A DNA stretch of 64,000 nt. It comes from an uncultured Chloroflexia bacterium (lineage in GTDB: Bacteria > Chloroflexota > UBA6077 > JACCZL01). Positions 40,658-52,073 of the stretch are shown piece by piece. Each line of letters begins with the position of its first letter. Within the stretch, counting starts at the first letter, position 1. Both the position numbers and the translations under genes were made by a program. The stretch covers positions 111,250-175,249 of the forward strand of contig CAVXYC010000018.1 in NCBI GenBank assembly GCA_963765765.1. The letters are read 5' to 3'. The notes beneath the pieces are model-generated. The model was not told the DNA's origin, did no database searches, and saw nothing but the letters and a program-made list of their open reading frames with translations.

Positions 40658-42136
40658 ATGAATTCAAGCACACCTGATGTCGCGACTGCTCTAGGGGCAT
40701 GGATCCAGGCGCCCGGCCCGATGTACCGCCGTCTGGCACGGGCCATGACCCGCGCGATAGAGAACGGCTCTATCGCGGCGAGCTCACTCTTGCCACCGGA
40801 GCGATCGCTTGCTGAGCAGCTCGCAATAAGCCGGAGTACGGTGATCGCGGCCTACGATGTACTCCGGGCCGATGGCCTGGTGGAGAGCCGGCGCGGGAGC
40901 GGAACTCGGGTCTGTCCAAGGCCAAGCCACATCCTTGCCAGCGGCAACAGTGGTCCCGTTGAGGCGGTGGGTGGCGCCCAGCTCCCCGGTGTGTTGGCCG
41001 GTGCGACACACGTTACAGACAGCGTCGATCTAACAGCCGCCGCGCCAGCCGCGCTCTCCCAACTGCTCGCGGACCAGCTTGTTGCGTCGGCCGAAGAGAT
41101 TGCTCCACTTCTCAAACAGCACGGATACGCCCCCGCTGGACTGCCCGCGCTTCGTTACGCCGTAGCCGATTACTTCACGCGTCAGGGCGTGACCACACAT
41201 CCCGACCAGATTCTGATCACCAATGGCGCCCAGCAGGGCATCTCATTGCTCAGCACCATTCACCTTCGCGAAGGGGACGCCGTGCTTGTTGAGAACCCAT
41301 CGTATTTCGGCGCGCTTGACGCATTCCGACTCCTGGGCGCGCGAGTGATCGGTGTGCCGATGGATCACGACGGGATTCGACCAGAGGTACTGCGTGAGAA
41401 GATCGAGGCGGCTCGTCCCCGGCTCATCTATCTCATCCCGACCTATCAGAACCCAACCGGCTCGGTGCTGCCTGAGTCTCGGCGCCGGCAGATCGCGGAC
41501 ATGATCGAGGCGCTTGGCATTCCACTCATCGAAGATCTGAGTCTGGCGGACATCGTGCTCCACGGGCACCCGCCCGCACCAATCGCACAACACACGTCGT
41601 CAGCAGCACTTTACACACTTGGGTCATTGAGCAAGTTATGCTGGCCCGGTCTTCGCATCGGCTGGATTCGTGGCACGCCTGAAGCCATTGGGGAGCTCGC
41701 CCGAGCCAAGGCTGTGGCGGACCTTGGATCCCCATTGATGGATCAGGTGGTGGCTGCCAGGCTTATGTCTCGCATCGATCAGATGATCGATTGGCGCGCA
41801 AAGGAGCTGACTCCACGCTACGAAGCCCTCGCCCACCATCTCGCGCGAGAGCTTCCCGAATGGCATTGGCGGCGTCCCAACGGCGGTCTCTATCTCTGGA
41901 TCAAGATCCCACGTGGCGACACACGAACACTCGCACAACGGGCGTTACGCCAGGGTGTGCGGATCATTCCCGGTTCGGTCATGTCTGTGGACGACAGCCA
42001 GAGTCAATGCTTCCGATTTCCGTTTGTGGAAACACCGGAAGTTCTAGCCGAGGCGGTCGGAAAGCTCAAACAGGCCTGGCTTGAGATGGAATCCCGCCCC
42101 GTTCTGCATGTCACAAGCTCGCAGGTGCTGGTGTAA
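40658..42136 (+). CDS. MocR/PdxR-type transcriptional regulator (GntR HTH fused to an aminotransferase class I/II fold)
   Basis: LPPERSLAEQLAISRSTVIAAYDVLRADGLVESRRGSGTRV HTH, followed by an aminotransferase-like domain (..SLSKLCWPGLRIGW.. PLP-Lys context). Confidence 0.85.
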   Translation: MNSSTPDVATALGAWIQAPGPMYRRLARAMTRAIENGSIAASSLLPPERSLAEQLAISRSTVIAAYDVLRADGLVESRRGSGTRVCPRPSHILASGNSGPVEAVGGAQLPGVLAGATHVTDSVDLTAAAPAALSQLLADQLVASAEEIAPLLKQHGYAPAGLPALRYAVADYFTRQGVTTHPDQILITNGAQQGISLLSTIHLREGDAVLVENPSYFGALDAFRLLGARVIGVPMDHDGIRPEVLREKIEAARPRLIYLIPTYQNPTGSVLPESRRRQIADMIEALGIPLIEDLSLADIVLHGHPPAPIAQHTSSAALYTLGSLSKLCWPGLRIGWIRGTPEAIGELARAKAVADLGSPLMDQVVAARLMSRIDQMIDWRAKELTPRYEALAHHLARELPEWHWRRPNGGLYLWIKIPRGDTRTLAQRALRQGVRIIPGSVMSVDDSQSQCFRFPFVETPEVLAEAVGKLKQAWLEMESRPVLHVTSSQVLV

Positions 42137-42271
42137 ATTCCCGGTAATCACTAAGCCTTGTGAGTGCGCCGCTGGATCCCGGTGGCGCGCGCCAGGCCAC
42201 CCTAAGCATCAGCAACATTCTTGCTTCCGGACGGCGAGTATGAGTCCTAAGCCCCTACTGGGAGCGAGCCT

Positions 42272-43272
42272 TCAAGGTCCGATCCAGTCTGGGATAAACA
42301 TGGCGCGCATTCCCTCGAACACCTTATGACGATCCCCATCGGTGAGGAAGTCCAGCTTGTCTAGATAGAGCTTCGTATCATCGAAGTACGTGTCCGTCTT
42401 GGGGTCCTTACCCCGCACCGCTCCGATCATCTCCGATGCAAAGATGATGTTCTCCATTGGTACGGACTTGAACAATGTCTCAATGCCTGGCTGGTGATAG
42501 ACACAGGTATCGAAGTAGATATTGTCCATGAGGAATTCGTTCAACTCGGGCCTGCCCATGCCAGCGCGATGCCACGGTATCGTCCCCAGTGATAGGGAAC
42601 CGCGCCGCCGCCATGAGGGAGCACAAACTTCAGCGTTGGGAAATCCTTGAAGATCTGCGGCTCCTGAATGCACTGCATGAAGACCGTCAGGTCACCGTTA
42701 AGATAGTGTGCCCCAGTGCCGTGGAAGTTTGGATTGCAGCTTCCGCTCACGTGGATCATCGCCGGTACTTCCAGCTCCACCATCTTCTCGTAAAGCGGGT
42801 ACCAGTGCTTGTCCGTCATAGGCGGATCGATCCAGTAGCCGTCAGACGGGTCCGGATTGAGGTTGCAGGCGACGAAGCCGAGCTCGTTGACGCAACGCTC
42901 CAGCTCCTCGATGCAGTTTGACGCGGGCACGCGAGGCGATTGAGGCAGCTGGCAGACGGGGATGAAGTTCTCTGGAAACAGCGTGCAAACGCGATGGACC
43001 AGGTCATTGACCGTCTCGGTCCAGTAGCGGCTAACGCGAGCGTCACCAATGTGGTGTGACATGCCGCCGGCCGTCGGAGAGAAAAGGGCAAGATCGGTCC
43101 CGCGATCGTTCTGCATCTTGAGCTGGCCCTTGACGATGGACTCACGAATCTCATCGTCAGTGACGTTGAGCGAGCCCTTCGTTGGGTTGTGCAGGTTCTG
43201 CTGCTGCCATGCGCGGTAATCGCGCAGGCCCTGTGGCGCCGTGGTGTAGTGCCCGTGTACGTCGATGATCAC
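42272..43272 (-). pseudogene. amidohydrolase-2 family (aromatic-acid decarboxylase/ACMSD-like); frame change near 42560
   Basis: IIDVHGHY..MIHVSGS..LPHGGGAVPYHWGRYRGIALA (ORF 42541..43383), then MGRPELNEFLMDNIYFDTCVYH.. (ORF 42272..42673). Start set at the GTG at 43270-43272. Confidence 0.75.
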
Positions 43273-43349
43273 CAGTACATCCCCCCGTATTTCCTCGCGG
43301 GACTTAGGATACAGGGATTGAGCGGATTCCGACGAGGAGGTCCCACGCG

Positions 43350-43455
43350 CTTTAGACCGCGGCGGTCTTCGCCACTTTGGCAACAGAGCGGAGAGACACG
43401 GAAGGGCGGCTTCTAGCTTGAGTGAGAATGCGGCGAAGACCGCCGCAGTCCAAAG
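43350..43455. repeat. palindromic element T2 (gcggcggtcttcgcc family)
   Basis: ctttagaccgcggcggtcttcgccactttgg ... gaatgcggcgaagaccgccgcagtccaaag. Confidence 0.8.
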
Positions 43456-43467
43456 TTCTGACGGAGA

Positions 43468-43764
43468 CTAGCTGGCGGGCGTGACCACAACCACCCCGAT
43501 CATCGTGGGGTGCAGCGGGCAGTAGTACGGGTACTCGCCAGGCTCGGCGAACGTGTAGCTAAAGCCGTCTCCGGGCATGATGAATGGCGACTCGAAAAGC
43601 TGTCCCGTCATTCTCGCTATCCACGACTTCGGAGGCGACGTTGTGCGGGCATAAGATCCTCGGTGTTGGCTCCAGAGCACTGAGTCACCCTGCGAAACGG
43701 TGATTGAGGAATGGGCTGAATGCGAGGTCCCGAATCTGAATTGATGGAATCGGTCGGGGCCCAC
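43468..43764 (-). pseudogene. small cupredoxin (plastocyanin/amicyanin-like) copper protein; at least three frame changes
   Basis: C-terminus GEYPYYCPLHPTMIGVVVV (Cys-x2-His-x2-Met copper ligands). Upstream pieces IQIRDLAFSP, ITVSQGDSVLW and PHNVASEVVDSENDG lie in different frames. Confidence 0.6.
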
Positions 43765-43828
43765 GGGCGGCTGAGAAGCTATTGCGAATTATTCCTGCAC
43801 TGTCTCTGCTCTGATGTCGACTAAGAGC

Positions 43829-45221
43829 TCAGCGTTGAACTCCGGCGATCCCTGCATCAACGAGAGCCCGAATGCTCTCGGCGTCATCGATGCGCTGGCA
43901 CACGCCGATGAGCGTTTCCACCTGCTCCGAGCCTCCAGGAATCTCCGGAATGAGCGCCCGTACGATCTCCGTGTCCGCTGCGAAATCGAGCTTGAACTCA
44001 TTCCCCGTGGCCTGCGCCCGATACGTTGTTCCATCCTTCAGCTTGATCGATACGAGTGGACTGAGCGGTGCGGTGTCGGCGGAGCCAACGACCTCAACCC
44101 GCTCGGCCAGCGCCTGGGAAGCCTGATGTGTAGGTAACCGGTCGATGCCCTCGATGGGCGATGACCAGCCGTCGGGACGATCCGCCGGCAGCGCAAATCC
44201 GCGATTCACGCATGCCGCCGCAACGACGAACGCGGTGGTGCCCAGCCCCCTGCGTCGCCCGTATGCGCTGGCGAACTTGGCGCCAGGATAGCTCGTCTCG
44301 AAATCGTTCATTTCGACGCGAGCCGACTCGATTTGATCGGGGTGAATATCGTGACCCCGCGTAAGATCGAGCATCATCTGCGTGGGTGGCTGGTTGAACA
44401 TCGATGTCGGGTAGCGCTTGAGGGTCACCTCGAGGATCTCCCAACGCTGTCCGAGATGGTCCGCTATGTGATCGAGGCCATCATTGGAGCCTGTGAACGA
44501 GTAGTAGAAGCCAATCGGGCCTTCAAGTGATGTATCCGACGCACGAGCGCCCTGAGCCGCAAGCTGGGCGGCCAGTAGACCACTTCGTGGTGCTTGTGAC
44601 ACCTGCAGCACCATGACGTCGGTCCCATCACCACCCTCGAAGGTTCCCGCGGAGAAGGTAGCCGCGAAGCCGATTGCGTGGGTCATCTGCTCTTCGTTCA
44701 ACCCAAGCAGCTTTCCCACCGCCACGGCCGCGCCAAAGGTGCCATAAATTGGGCTAGACCGGAAGCCTTGCTCATTGCTGCGGGGAATGAAGTCGGCAGT
44801 AATCGCTGTCTCCACCTCATAGCCTGCCACCAGCGCGGTCAGTAGATCCCGACCATTCGAGCCCAGAGTCTCGGCCGCGGCAAGCGCCGCGGGGATGATC
44901 ATCACTCCGGGGTGACTGCCCGTGTGATAGGCATCTTCTTGAAGCTTGCGCGTGCATCAAGGCGCTGTTGACGAATGCCGCCGCGCCCGGCGTGGCGCGT
45001 TCTCCGGTGACCAGGATCGTGGCGCCACCGTCTTGCACCGATTCATCCATCAGGACCGCCGCTTTCGCTCTGTGCGCGGCACCGCTACCATGGCCCGCGA
45101 GACCAACGCCTATGTTGTGAAGCAAGCAGGCTCGGGCTTTATCCAGTACCTGTGGCGGAAGGTCCTCGCAGTTCAGACCACTGGCAAAACGGGCAAGTCG
45201 ACGCGCGAGTGTATCGGACAT
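43829..45221 (-). pseudogene. MmgE/PrpD family protein; frame change near 44948-44951
   Basis: MSDTLARRLARFASGL..LHNIGVGLAG.. (ORF 44817..45221), then LQEDAYHTGSHPGVMIIPAALAAAE... (ORF 43829..44905). Confidence 0.8.
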
Positions 45222-45326
45222 CCATTGATCCTCTCAGACGCATGGGGGACGAGATCCAGTTGGTGGCATTATCCATGGGGAGGAAACAGCGTCAGCAATC
45301 TCGGGCTGGATCAGTCCCTTCGCCAA

Positions 45327-46440
45327 CTACCCTCCGGAAACCTGCGACGGGAATTCCACTCCGCACTCCTCGGCTAGCTCTGTGAGATCCCGCACTAACA
45401 CATCGTGCAGCGGCACGCCGTTGGCACGACGGTCATCGGTGTTGCGGAATTCGATCTCACCAGGAATCAGCACCCGCTTTGCTGGATCGAGTGGCGGGGT
45501 TGCGCGCAGGTCGCGAATCATTCGGTCCATGTTGATTTTGAACTCCTCGGACTCCACGAAGCCATCGATCCGCCACGCGCCAAACCACTGGCCCACGCCC
45601 TCAACGTCGTTCAGCATGACGGACGAGCCCATGCCTGTCAGCATGCCCGAAAGCACATCCACGAAGGCGCCCAGCCCGTAGCCCTTGTAGCTGCTGGTGT
45701 CCGGCCGACCACCTAGTGGCAATAACCAACCACCTTCAACTGGCGCAAAGGGATCATCGCTGTACTGACCGTCCGCATCTTGGGACCAGCCCACTGGGAC
45801 CTTCTTGCCCGTGCGACGCGCGAGGAGAAACTTACCGGACGCGACGACGCTGGTGGCCATGTCAAGGACAAACGGTCGCTCTTCGTTGGCCGGCACGGCT
45901 ACGGCGATTGGATTCGTACCGATCATCGGGCGCGCCCCAAACGTCGGCGCCACCCACGGACGGCTATTGCACACGCTGATGCCGATCATGTCATGAGGCA
46001 GCGCCATCATCGGATAATGTGCGGCCATCCCGTAATGGCGACCATCCCGTAGTCCTACGAATCCGCTACCCGCGTCTCGCGCCTTGGAGATCGCCAGCTC
46101 CATCGCCTCTGTGGCGGAGGCCGCGCCGAGACCGCCATCGTTGTCCATGAGCGCCGTGCTGGGCGTCTCCCGCACGATGCGCCGATTGGGTCGCGTGTTG
46201 ACCGTGCCGTCTTTGAGTCCCGGCACGTACGCGCGGTTATGCGTAAACATGTTGATGCCATGCGAGTCCACGCCTCGCAGGTCGGCGTGGTTCAGCGCAG
46301 ATGCGGTTGCGTTGGCATCCGGTTCGCTGGCGCCGAGGCGGACCATGAGCGTTGACCATGAACGCTCGGAGCGCATCGGCGGGGTAACGGTGAACGCCGC
46401 CCGCGACTGACTCAGGATCCGGCCTCGCTTCACCGCGCAT
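45327..46440 (-). pseudogene. Ldh_2 (malate/L-lactate/ureidoglycolate dehydrogenase) family oxidoreductase; frame change near 46350
   Basis: ADLRGVDSHGI.., ..RHYGMAAHY.., ..GYGLGAFVDVLSG in ORF 45327..46520. The N-terminus MRGEARP..YPADALRAFMVN is in ORF 46237..46440. Confidence 0.75.
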
Positions 46441-46459
46441 GTCTCACATTCTCCCAAGC

Positions 46460-47713
46460 TCACTCGTTCACCGTCACGGCGTTCTTTATCGGCTGTCCGC
46501 CATTGTTCTTGACTTCCCAATCGGCGATGAATGCTTTTACCTTCGATTCGAATTCGGCCTGGGAGATGCCCTTGGGAAGCTGCTGGACGATATCCGCCGC
46601 ATGGAGAGCGTTGCCTAACCGAGACTGGTCAACGCTGAGCAGCGTGATCGGGCCCTTCTTGCCTCCACCCACGACCTGTCCCTTCAAGAGATCTGGCAGG
46701 TAACTCGGGACGTCGCGTCGAATGCCATCATCGTTGCGCTTCATTTTCTTGATGAAGTCCTGGCCCTCTTTACTCATCGTCCAGTTCATGAAGACGAGGG
46801 CGGCATTGGGGTTCTGGGCCGTTTTGGTGACGCCCATCATGGCCGGCTGGCTTACCAGCGGCCGCTCCGGGAATGCCATGATTCTTACGGGTGCCTCTGC
46901 CTCGGCCAGGCTGAGAATGCGATCGCTGCCCAACCCCAGTCCCAATGCAATCTCGCCTCGACCGACCGCCGCTTCCTGGTCGCCCGAGCGCGCAAGTGTC
47001 ATCACTTCCTGCACTCGGTACATCGACCAGATTTCGGCTAGCGTGATGTTGTCGGTGGCATAGCTGTGCTGCATCAGGAACGACGTCACCGCGGCACTCG
47101 CGCTGGGATCCAGCCAGGCGATCTTGCCCTTGAAGCGCGGATCGGTGGCGAGCTCATTAAACGTCTTTGGTTCCTCACCGGAGGCGACCATGCGCGTGTT
47201 GAGGATGTAGTGGCCCTCCATCTTGCCCAGGCGGCTCACCGTCACGTCCATCGCGTCGCCAAAGAAGGTTGGCGCTGTGAGCCAGACGCTTGCCGGTTCG
47301 GCAAGAACAGGCAGCGGCTTATCCCGCAATGGGAGGAACGCGCCTTCGGTTCGCAGGGCCGTGAGCGTGGTGGGTGATCCTTCCATGAGGTCCGCCGAGG
47401 GCTGCCCAGCCTTCGACTCCTGCTGGTAGCGCGGAACGAGCTGCGCGCCGGTGGCACTGATGATGTCCACGGTGATGCCGGCGATCCGTTGCAGCTCAGT
47501 ATTGATGAGCGTACCTTCCTGGCCGGTGAACCGCTCCGCGTAAATCAGGAGCTTCCCCTCACGCCGAGCCGCGTCAAGGACTTGCTGCCACTCGGCCGAG
47601 ACGGGGGCGTTAGTGGACGGAGCCGAGCCGCTGGGCGCGGGCGACGCACTCGGCGAACAGGCAGCCAGCGTGAGTAACGCCGCTACGAGGAGTGCGCGGT
47701 GCATATGAGACAC
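46460..47713 (-). CDS. ABC substrate-binding lipoprotein (family 1), no cognate permease or ATPase adjacent
   Basis: LTLAAC lipobox and Ser/Pro linker. 417-aa intact ORF. Confidence 0.75.
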   Translation of the reverse strand: MSHMHRALLVAALLTLAACSPSASPAPSGSAPSTNAPVSAEWQQVLDAARREGKLLIYAERFTGQEGTLINTELQRIAGITVDIISATGAQLVPRYQQESKAGQPSADLMEGSPTTLTALRTEGAFLPLRDKPLPVLAEPASVWLTAPTFFGDAMDVTVSRLGKMEGHYILNTRMVASGEEPKTFNELATDPRFKGKIAWLDPSASAAVTSFLMQHSYATDNITLAEIWSMYRVQEVMTLARSGDQEAAVGRGEIALGLGLGSDRILSLAEAEAPVRIMAFPERPLVSQPAMMGVTKTAQNPNAALVFMNWTMSKEGQDFIKKMKRNDDGIRRDVPSYLPDLLKGQVVGGGKKGPITLLSVDQSRLGNALHAADIVQQLPKGISQAEFESKVKAFIADWEVKNNGGQPIKNAVTVNE

Positions 47714-47870
47714 GGTGAATCACCTCCAGGGCTCAACTCCCGGCGCGGAGCGCTTTAGCCTGCGTGCGAGCATCGCCGCTTTTCAGACTTCACGACTAAG
47801 GCTGGGATATCAAGAAAGCGGCGATCTCTCGCCGCACTCTAAACTGCTTCGCGCCAAGTGGTCCAGCCGC

Positions 47871-48331
47871 TCAATCGCCGAAGAACTGGCCTTCCAGGAT
47901 CTTCGCATCGATCTTCTCGCGCAGCGGCGGACCGAGTCGCTCGAGGCCGCCCGGCTCATTCTGCCCCATTGCGCCGATACGGACGTAGACCAGTGTCTCA
48001 TCCGACGCGCTTTCAAACCAGTAGCGCCCCATGCGAGGCACCAGGATTCCCTGGTAGCGGCCGATAGTGGCCACCTCGCGATCTTCATCCGTATAGAAGG
48101 TTGCCTGCCCCTGCAACACCAGGAAGATCTGGTCCTCCCCGGGTGATAGTGGAAGATCGTCTCACCACCCGGCTTGCCTACGGACACCTGCGCCGTTATC
48201 AGGTCCGTGGCCGCAAGCGTGGTCGTCATCTTGCCTTGTTCGAGCAGCGGCGGACGCACATCGAACTTCTTGAACGAACTTACTGGCGACTCGTCATCAA
48301 CGCGTGCACCCATGCTCGGCTCAACTGCCAT
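47871..48331 (-). pseudogene. cupin domain protein; 1-nt frame change near 48135-48142
   Basis: ..GGETIFHYHPG (ORF 47810..48331), then EDQIFLVLQGQATFYTDEDRE.. (ORF 47871..48119). The shift sits in a G/C run. Confidence 0.7.
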
Positions 48332-48385
48332 ATCCCGCTCTCCCGTCGATCTCGCTCAAAGTCTACTCCTAGCAGAATCCGCCTT

Positions 48386-49952
48386 TCAGCCTAAGGACTG
48401 GCCCCTCCCGTTAGTGAAGAAATTCACGTCGTCAGGGTTGATGAGGTCGGGCACGGTCCAGCCGTTAGTGTCGTACTCCGCCATGCACTTCTCCGCGAAG
48501 GCCTTGAATGCGGCCGTCTGTCCACTCTGGGTCGCGCCCATCAAGGCAGCCAGGCGCGTGTCCTCGTGGCTACCGGCGTAGTTCATCTCGTACAGCTCAT
48601 GGCGACCGCCGAACTCCGTGCCGACCGCGTCCCAGAGCAAGCGCATGAGCTTGATGCGGTCGATGGCCTCGATGCCGTTGCTGCCGCGCAGGTACTTATC
48701 CAGATAGGGCCGTAGCTCCTCGACGCCCCAGTCCTGGACATGCGAGTTCTGATAGATGAGTCCGCTGGCCACCACCTGATAGATGATGTGCTTAATCTTG
48801 GCGTAGATCTCCGGCCCGTAGACGCGGACCGTGGAGCCGTACTCCTGGTTGGGCAGCAAGTAGCCATCGCCCCAAGGAGTGGCCGCCTGGATCTGCGCGT
48901 CACTGAGCGCCCAACAGATGTTGCGCCAGACCACCACCTCGCCGATCTGGGCTTGCACGCCGCGAAACTCGTTTGTGCCGGCGATCTCCGTCGCCTTGAG
49001 CAGCAGGCCCAGAATGAAATCCAGCTTGACCGCCAGGCGCGTGATGGCCTGAAAGGTGAAGCGACCCAGAAAGCCTGAGTGGTGATAGAAGGAGTTGGCC
49101 TTCTCGAGGTCGCCGTAAACGAACACGTTCTCCCACGGAACCAGCACGTTGTCGAACACCATGATGGCGTCGTTCTCATCCATGCGGCTGGACAGCGGAT
49201 AGTCGAACGGGCTGCCGATGACTGAAGCTTGGAGCTCATACGACGGTCGGCAAATGAGCTTGCAGCCCGGCGAGTCCATATCTGCCAGGAAGACGAGCGC
49301 GAACTCCTTCTTCTTGAGCGGTATTCCTCGGTGCGCGATGAAGTTCAGATGCGTGAGGGCGGAGCCGGTCGCCACTACCTTGGCACCGCTCACAATCAGC
49401 CCTGCGTCCGTTTCCTTTTCCACGTGCACATACACGTCAGCCACTTCATCAGGCGGGCGATTGCGATCTACCGGAGGGATGAACGATGGCGTGGTTCATG
49501 AATGGCATCTGCTCCTGCGAGATGCGATACCAGCGCCGCGCGTTCTCCTCGTACGGGGCATAGAAATCGGCGATACCACCGAGCGTGGCCATAAAGGAGG
49601 CTTTGTAGTCGGGAGTGCGGCCCATCCAGCCGAAACCGATTCGCTGCCATGCGGCAATCGCGTCACGCGAGGCCACGAGGTCCTCGCGTGTCCTCGGGGC
49701 CTTGAAGAACGGATGGGTGAAACCACCGTTGCCCGTATCGGTCTCGGTGGTGAGCACGGATTGCTGAGCAGGGTCGTGGAGGGCGTCATAGAGCCGAGCG
49801 ATCATGCGTGCTGAGTTCCTGAAGGCGGGGTGCGTTGTGACGTCCTTCACCTTCTCACCGTAGATCCAGATCTCGCGCCCGTCCCTGAGGCTCTCGAGAT
49901 ACTCGTCGCCGGTGAATGGTCGCGTCACCGTTCGCGTGGTATCCAGGGCCAC
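48386..49952 (-). pseudogene. 4-hydroxyphenylacetate 3-monooxygenase oxygenase-component (HpaB) family flavin monooxygenase; frame change near 49474-49478
   Basis: [34 protein letters not shown].. (ORF 49449..49952), then [33 protein letters not shown].. (ORF 48386..49444). Confidence 0.85.
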
Positions 49953-50114
49953 GTTGCCTCACCTCCCGGTTGCCCGCTGGGCATTAGAGCGCCATGCGTC
50001 TGCACCGAGGTTATACAGAGCCGCTCACTCTCCAGGACGCACATCAGGCGCCGGCACAGTTTGTGTCTATGTCTCCATCCAATATCGACCGGATCGGACG
50101 GTGCGGAGGATTAG

Positions 50115-50462
50115 ATGACACAACCAGGCGCCTCAGATCTCAATAAGCTCCAGAAGGGAGCGCTGGTACTGGGAACAGATCTGGAGATCGGAGCGCTGGA
50201 GGAAGTGAAGCCGGCCGAAGGATCACAAGGCGCGCGATTAATCGTGCGTCACGGCTATGCCGATTACCTTCTCGCAATTCCCGCTGAGTCTATCAAGGAC
50301 GCCGAGCCGACGCGTATTCATCTCAATCTTCGGCGTGAAGACGCCGAACGGCTGGTCTACGAGCAGGACGGGGACGCTGGGCCCGCAAATGCGAGCCCGG
50401 ACAACAGCACCGTCATCGGCGCCCCGGAGCCAGAGCTGCCCGGCGGGCCGAGTACAGGTTAG
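50115..50462 (+). CDS. hypothetical protein
   Basis: RBS ggagga before ATG 50115. 115 aa. No family recognised with confidence. Confidence 0.5.
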   Translation: MTQPGASDLNKLQKGALVLGTDLEIGALEEVKPAEGSQGARLIVRHGYADYLLAIPAESIKDAEPTRIHLNLRREDAERLVYEQDGDAGPANASPDNSTVIGAPEPELPGGPSTG

Positions 50463-50520
50463 AGCACTTTCACCGTTGCTGCGTCCCGGGCAGAACCTCA
50501 TCGGGCGCGGCAACACCCGC

Positions 50521-51771
50521 TTACGGCGACGTGACTTTGTAGATTCCGCCGGCAAGTGACAGCAGATACACTTCGCCGGCTTCGTCCTCGCCAAACGAGC
50601 TGATCTGATGGTCAGTATCCGCAAGCAGTCCGGACGTCCACTGGCCCGAGTTGTCACGACGGAGCATCCAGAACCGACCAGAGCAAAAATCTCCGAACAG
50701 ATATGTGCCCTGGAGCGCAGGAGACTGGGCTCCCCGATACACGTAGCCGCCAGTTACCGAGCAATCTCCATCGGCGTGTGAATACTCCGCGATTGGGAGA
50801 ATGAAGCCATCCGTTGAACAGCTTGCGTTCGCCGGATAGCAGTGCGAGCCCTCTGTGACGTTCCAACCGTAGTTCTCGCCGCCGGTGCTCGTGGCCGGTT
50901 GGAGATCGATCTCCTCATAGTCTCCCTGACCAACGTCCGCGATGTAGATCTCGTGCGTCAAGCGATCGAAGCTGAATCGCCACGGGTTACGCAGACCGTA
51001 TGCCCACACCTGGCCGCCCTCCCCGCCGCGATCCGCGAACGGATTGCCTGGCGGGATCGCGTACGGGAGCCCTGGATCCGCACCGTTCACGTCGATGCGC
51101 AGTATTTTTGCGAGCATGGCCTGGGTCTTCTGCCCGTTACGATCTGGGTCTCCGGCGGCGCCGCCGTCTCCAGTACCGATATACAGGTATCCATCAGGCC
51201 CAAACGCAAGCATGCCGCCATTGTGGTTGTCGCGCGTGTCTGGAATCGCAAACAGTATCGAACCGCTGTTGGGGTCAGCCACATTGGGGTCAGCGGACAT
51301 GATGTATCGCGCTACAGTGTTGGCCTTATCGGTCGCCGTGTAATAGATGAAGAACTGGCCGTTGTTTGCGAAATTCGGGTGGAATGCAAGTCCCAACAAA
51401 CCCTGTTCCGGTCCGGACGTTGTGATCAGCCCACGAACGTCAAGAAATGGCGTTGCCAACGTCTCTCCGTCCTGGACGATGCGGATTGTGCCGCCCCGTT
51501 CCACGACAAACACCCGGCCGCTGCCATCCCCAGCGTGCGTGAGGTAAACGGGCTGACGAAAGCCTCGCCCGAGCTCAACCAGGGATGTCTGAACCCCGGC
51601 AGAGGCGGCACCTCTTCCAGTTGGAACACTGATCGTGCTGGTCTGAGCCGAAGGCCGAGCTCCCGCACGACCGGGAATGACTCCGCAAGCCATGATGACA
51701 ACGGCGATCATTGAAATGAGGGCGAGGATCCGCGTTGCCTGCCGCCGACTCTCTGGAGCTAACCGATTCAT
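50521..51771 (-). CDS. PQQ-dependent sugar (glucose/sorbosone) dehydrogenase, secreted
   Basis: GLLGLAFHPNFANNGQFFIYYT, HNGGMLAFGPDGYLYIGTGDGG, GLRNPWRFSFD. N-terminal membrane/signal segment. Confidence 0.85.
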   Translation of the reverse strand: MNRLAPESRRQATRILALISMIAVVIMACGVIPGRAGARPSAQTSTISVPTGRGAASAGVQTSLVELGRGFRQPVYLTHAGDGSGRVFVVERGGTIRIVQDGETLATPFLDVRGLITTSGPEQGLLGLAFHPNFANNGQFFIYYTATDKANTVARYIMSADPNVADPNSGSILFAIPDTRDNHNGGMLAFGPDGYLYIGTGDGGAAGDPDRNGQKTQAMLAKILRIDVNGADPGLPYAIPPGNPFADRGGEGGQVWAYGLRNPWRFSFDRLTHEIYIADVGQGDYEEIDLQPATSTGGENYGWNVTEGSHCYPANASCSTDGFILPIAEYSHADGDCSVTGGYVYRGAQSPALQGTYLFGDFCSGRFWMLRRDNSGQWTSGLLADTDHQISSFGEDEAGEVYLLSLAGGIYKVTSP

Positions 51772-52073
51772 GGAGTACTTACAGCATATACAGGTCGGGC
51801 TCAGCTCCAGCTAGAACGAGCCCGCGCCGCCACCCACGAATGACGGCCACGTCCCGCATGCATCCGTCACCGTGAACCGCACCGTCGTCGCCACTCCCCG
51901 GAGGAAAACAGCGATTCCGACCCGGCACCATTGCTTTGACGCATGCGCGTTGCACCTTCCAGCAGCGTGTTCGGTTCGGGGGCGAGCGTAGGGTTCACAA
52001 GGCCCCTGAGCTGAGTCCGACGCCGCTGGCTGATATATCCTGGCTTTGCATTCGCACGAGGACTGTTGCCCCA

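Noticed and set aside
40495-40746. ORF 40495..40746 (minus) in the AT-richer region before the MocR gene
   Set aside because: It overlaps the regulator start, has no RBS and a non-protein-like sequence. It is more likely promoter DNA.
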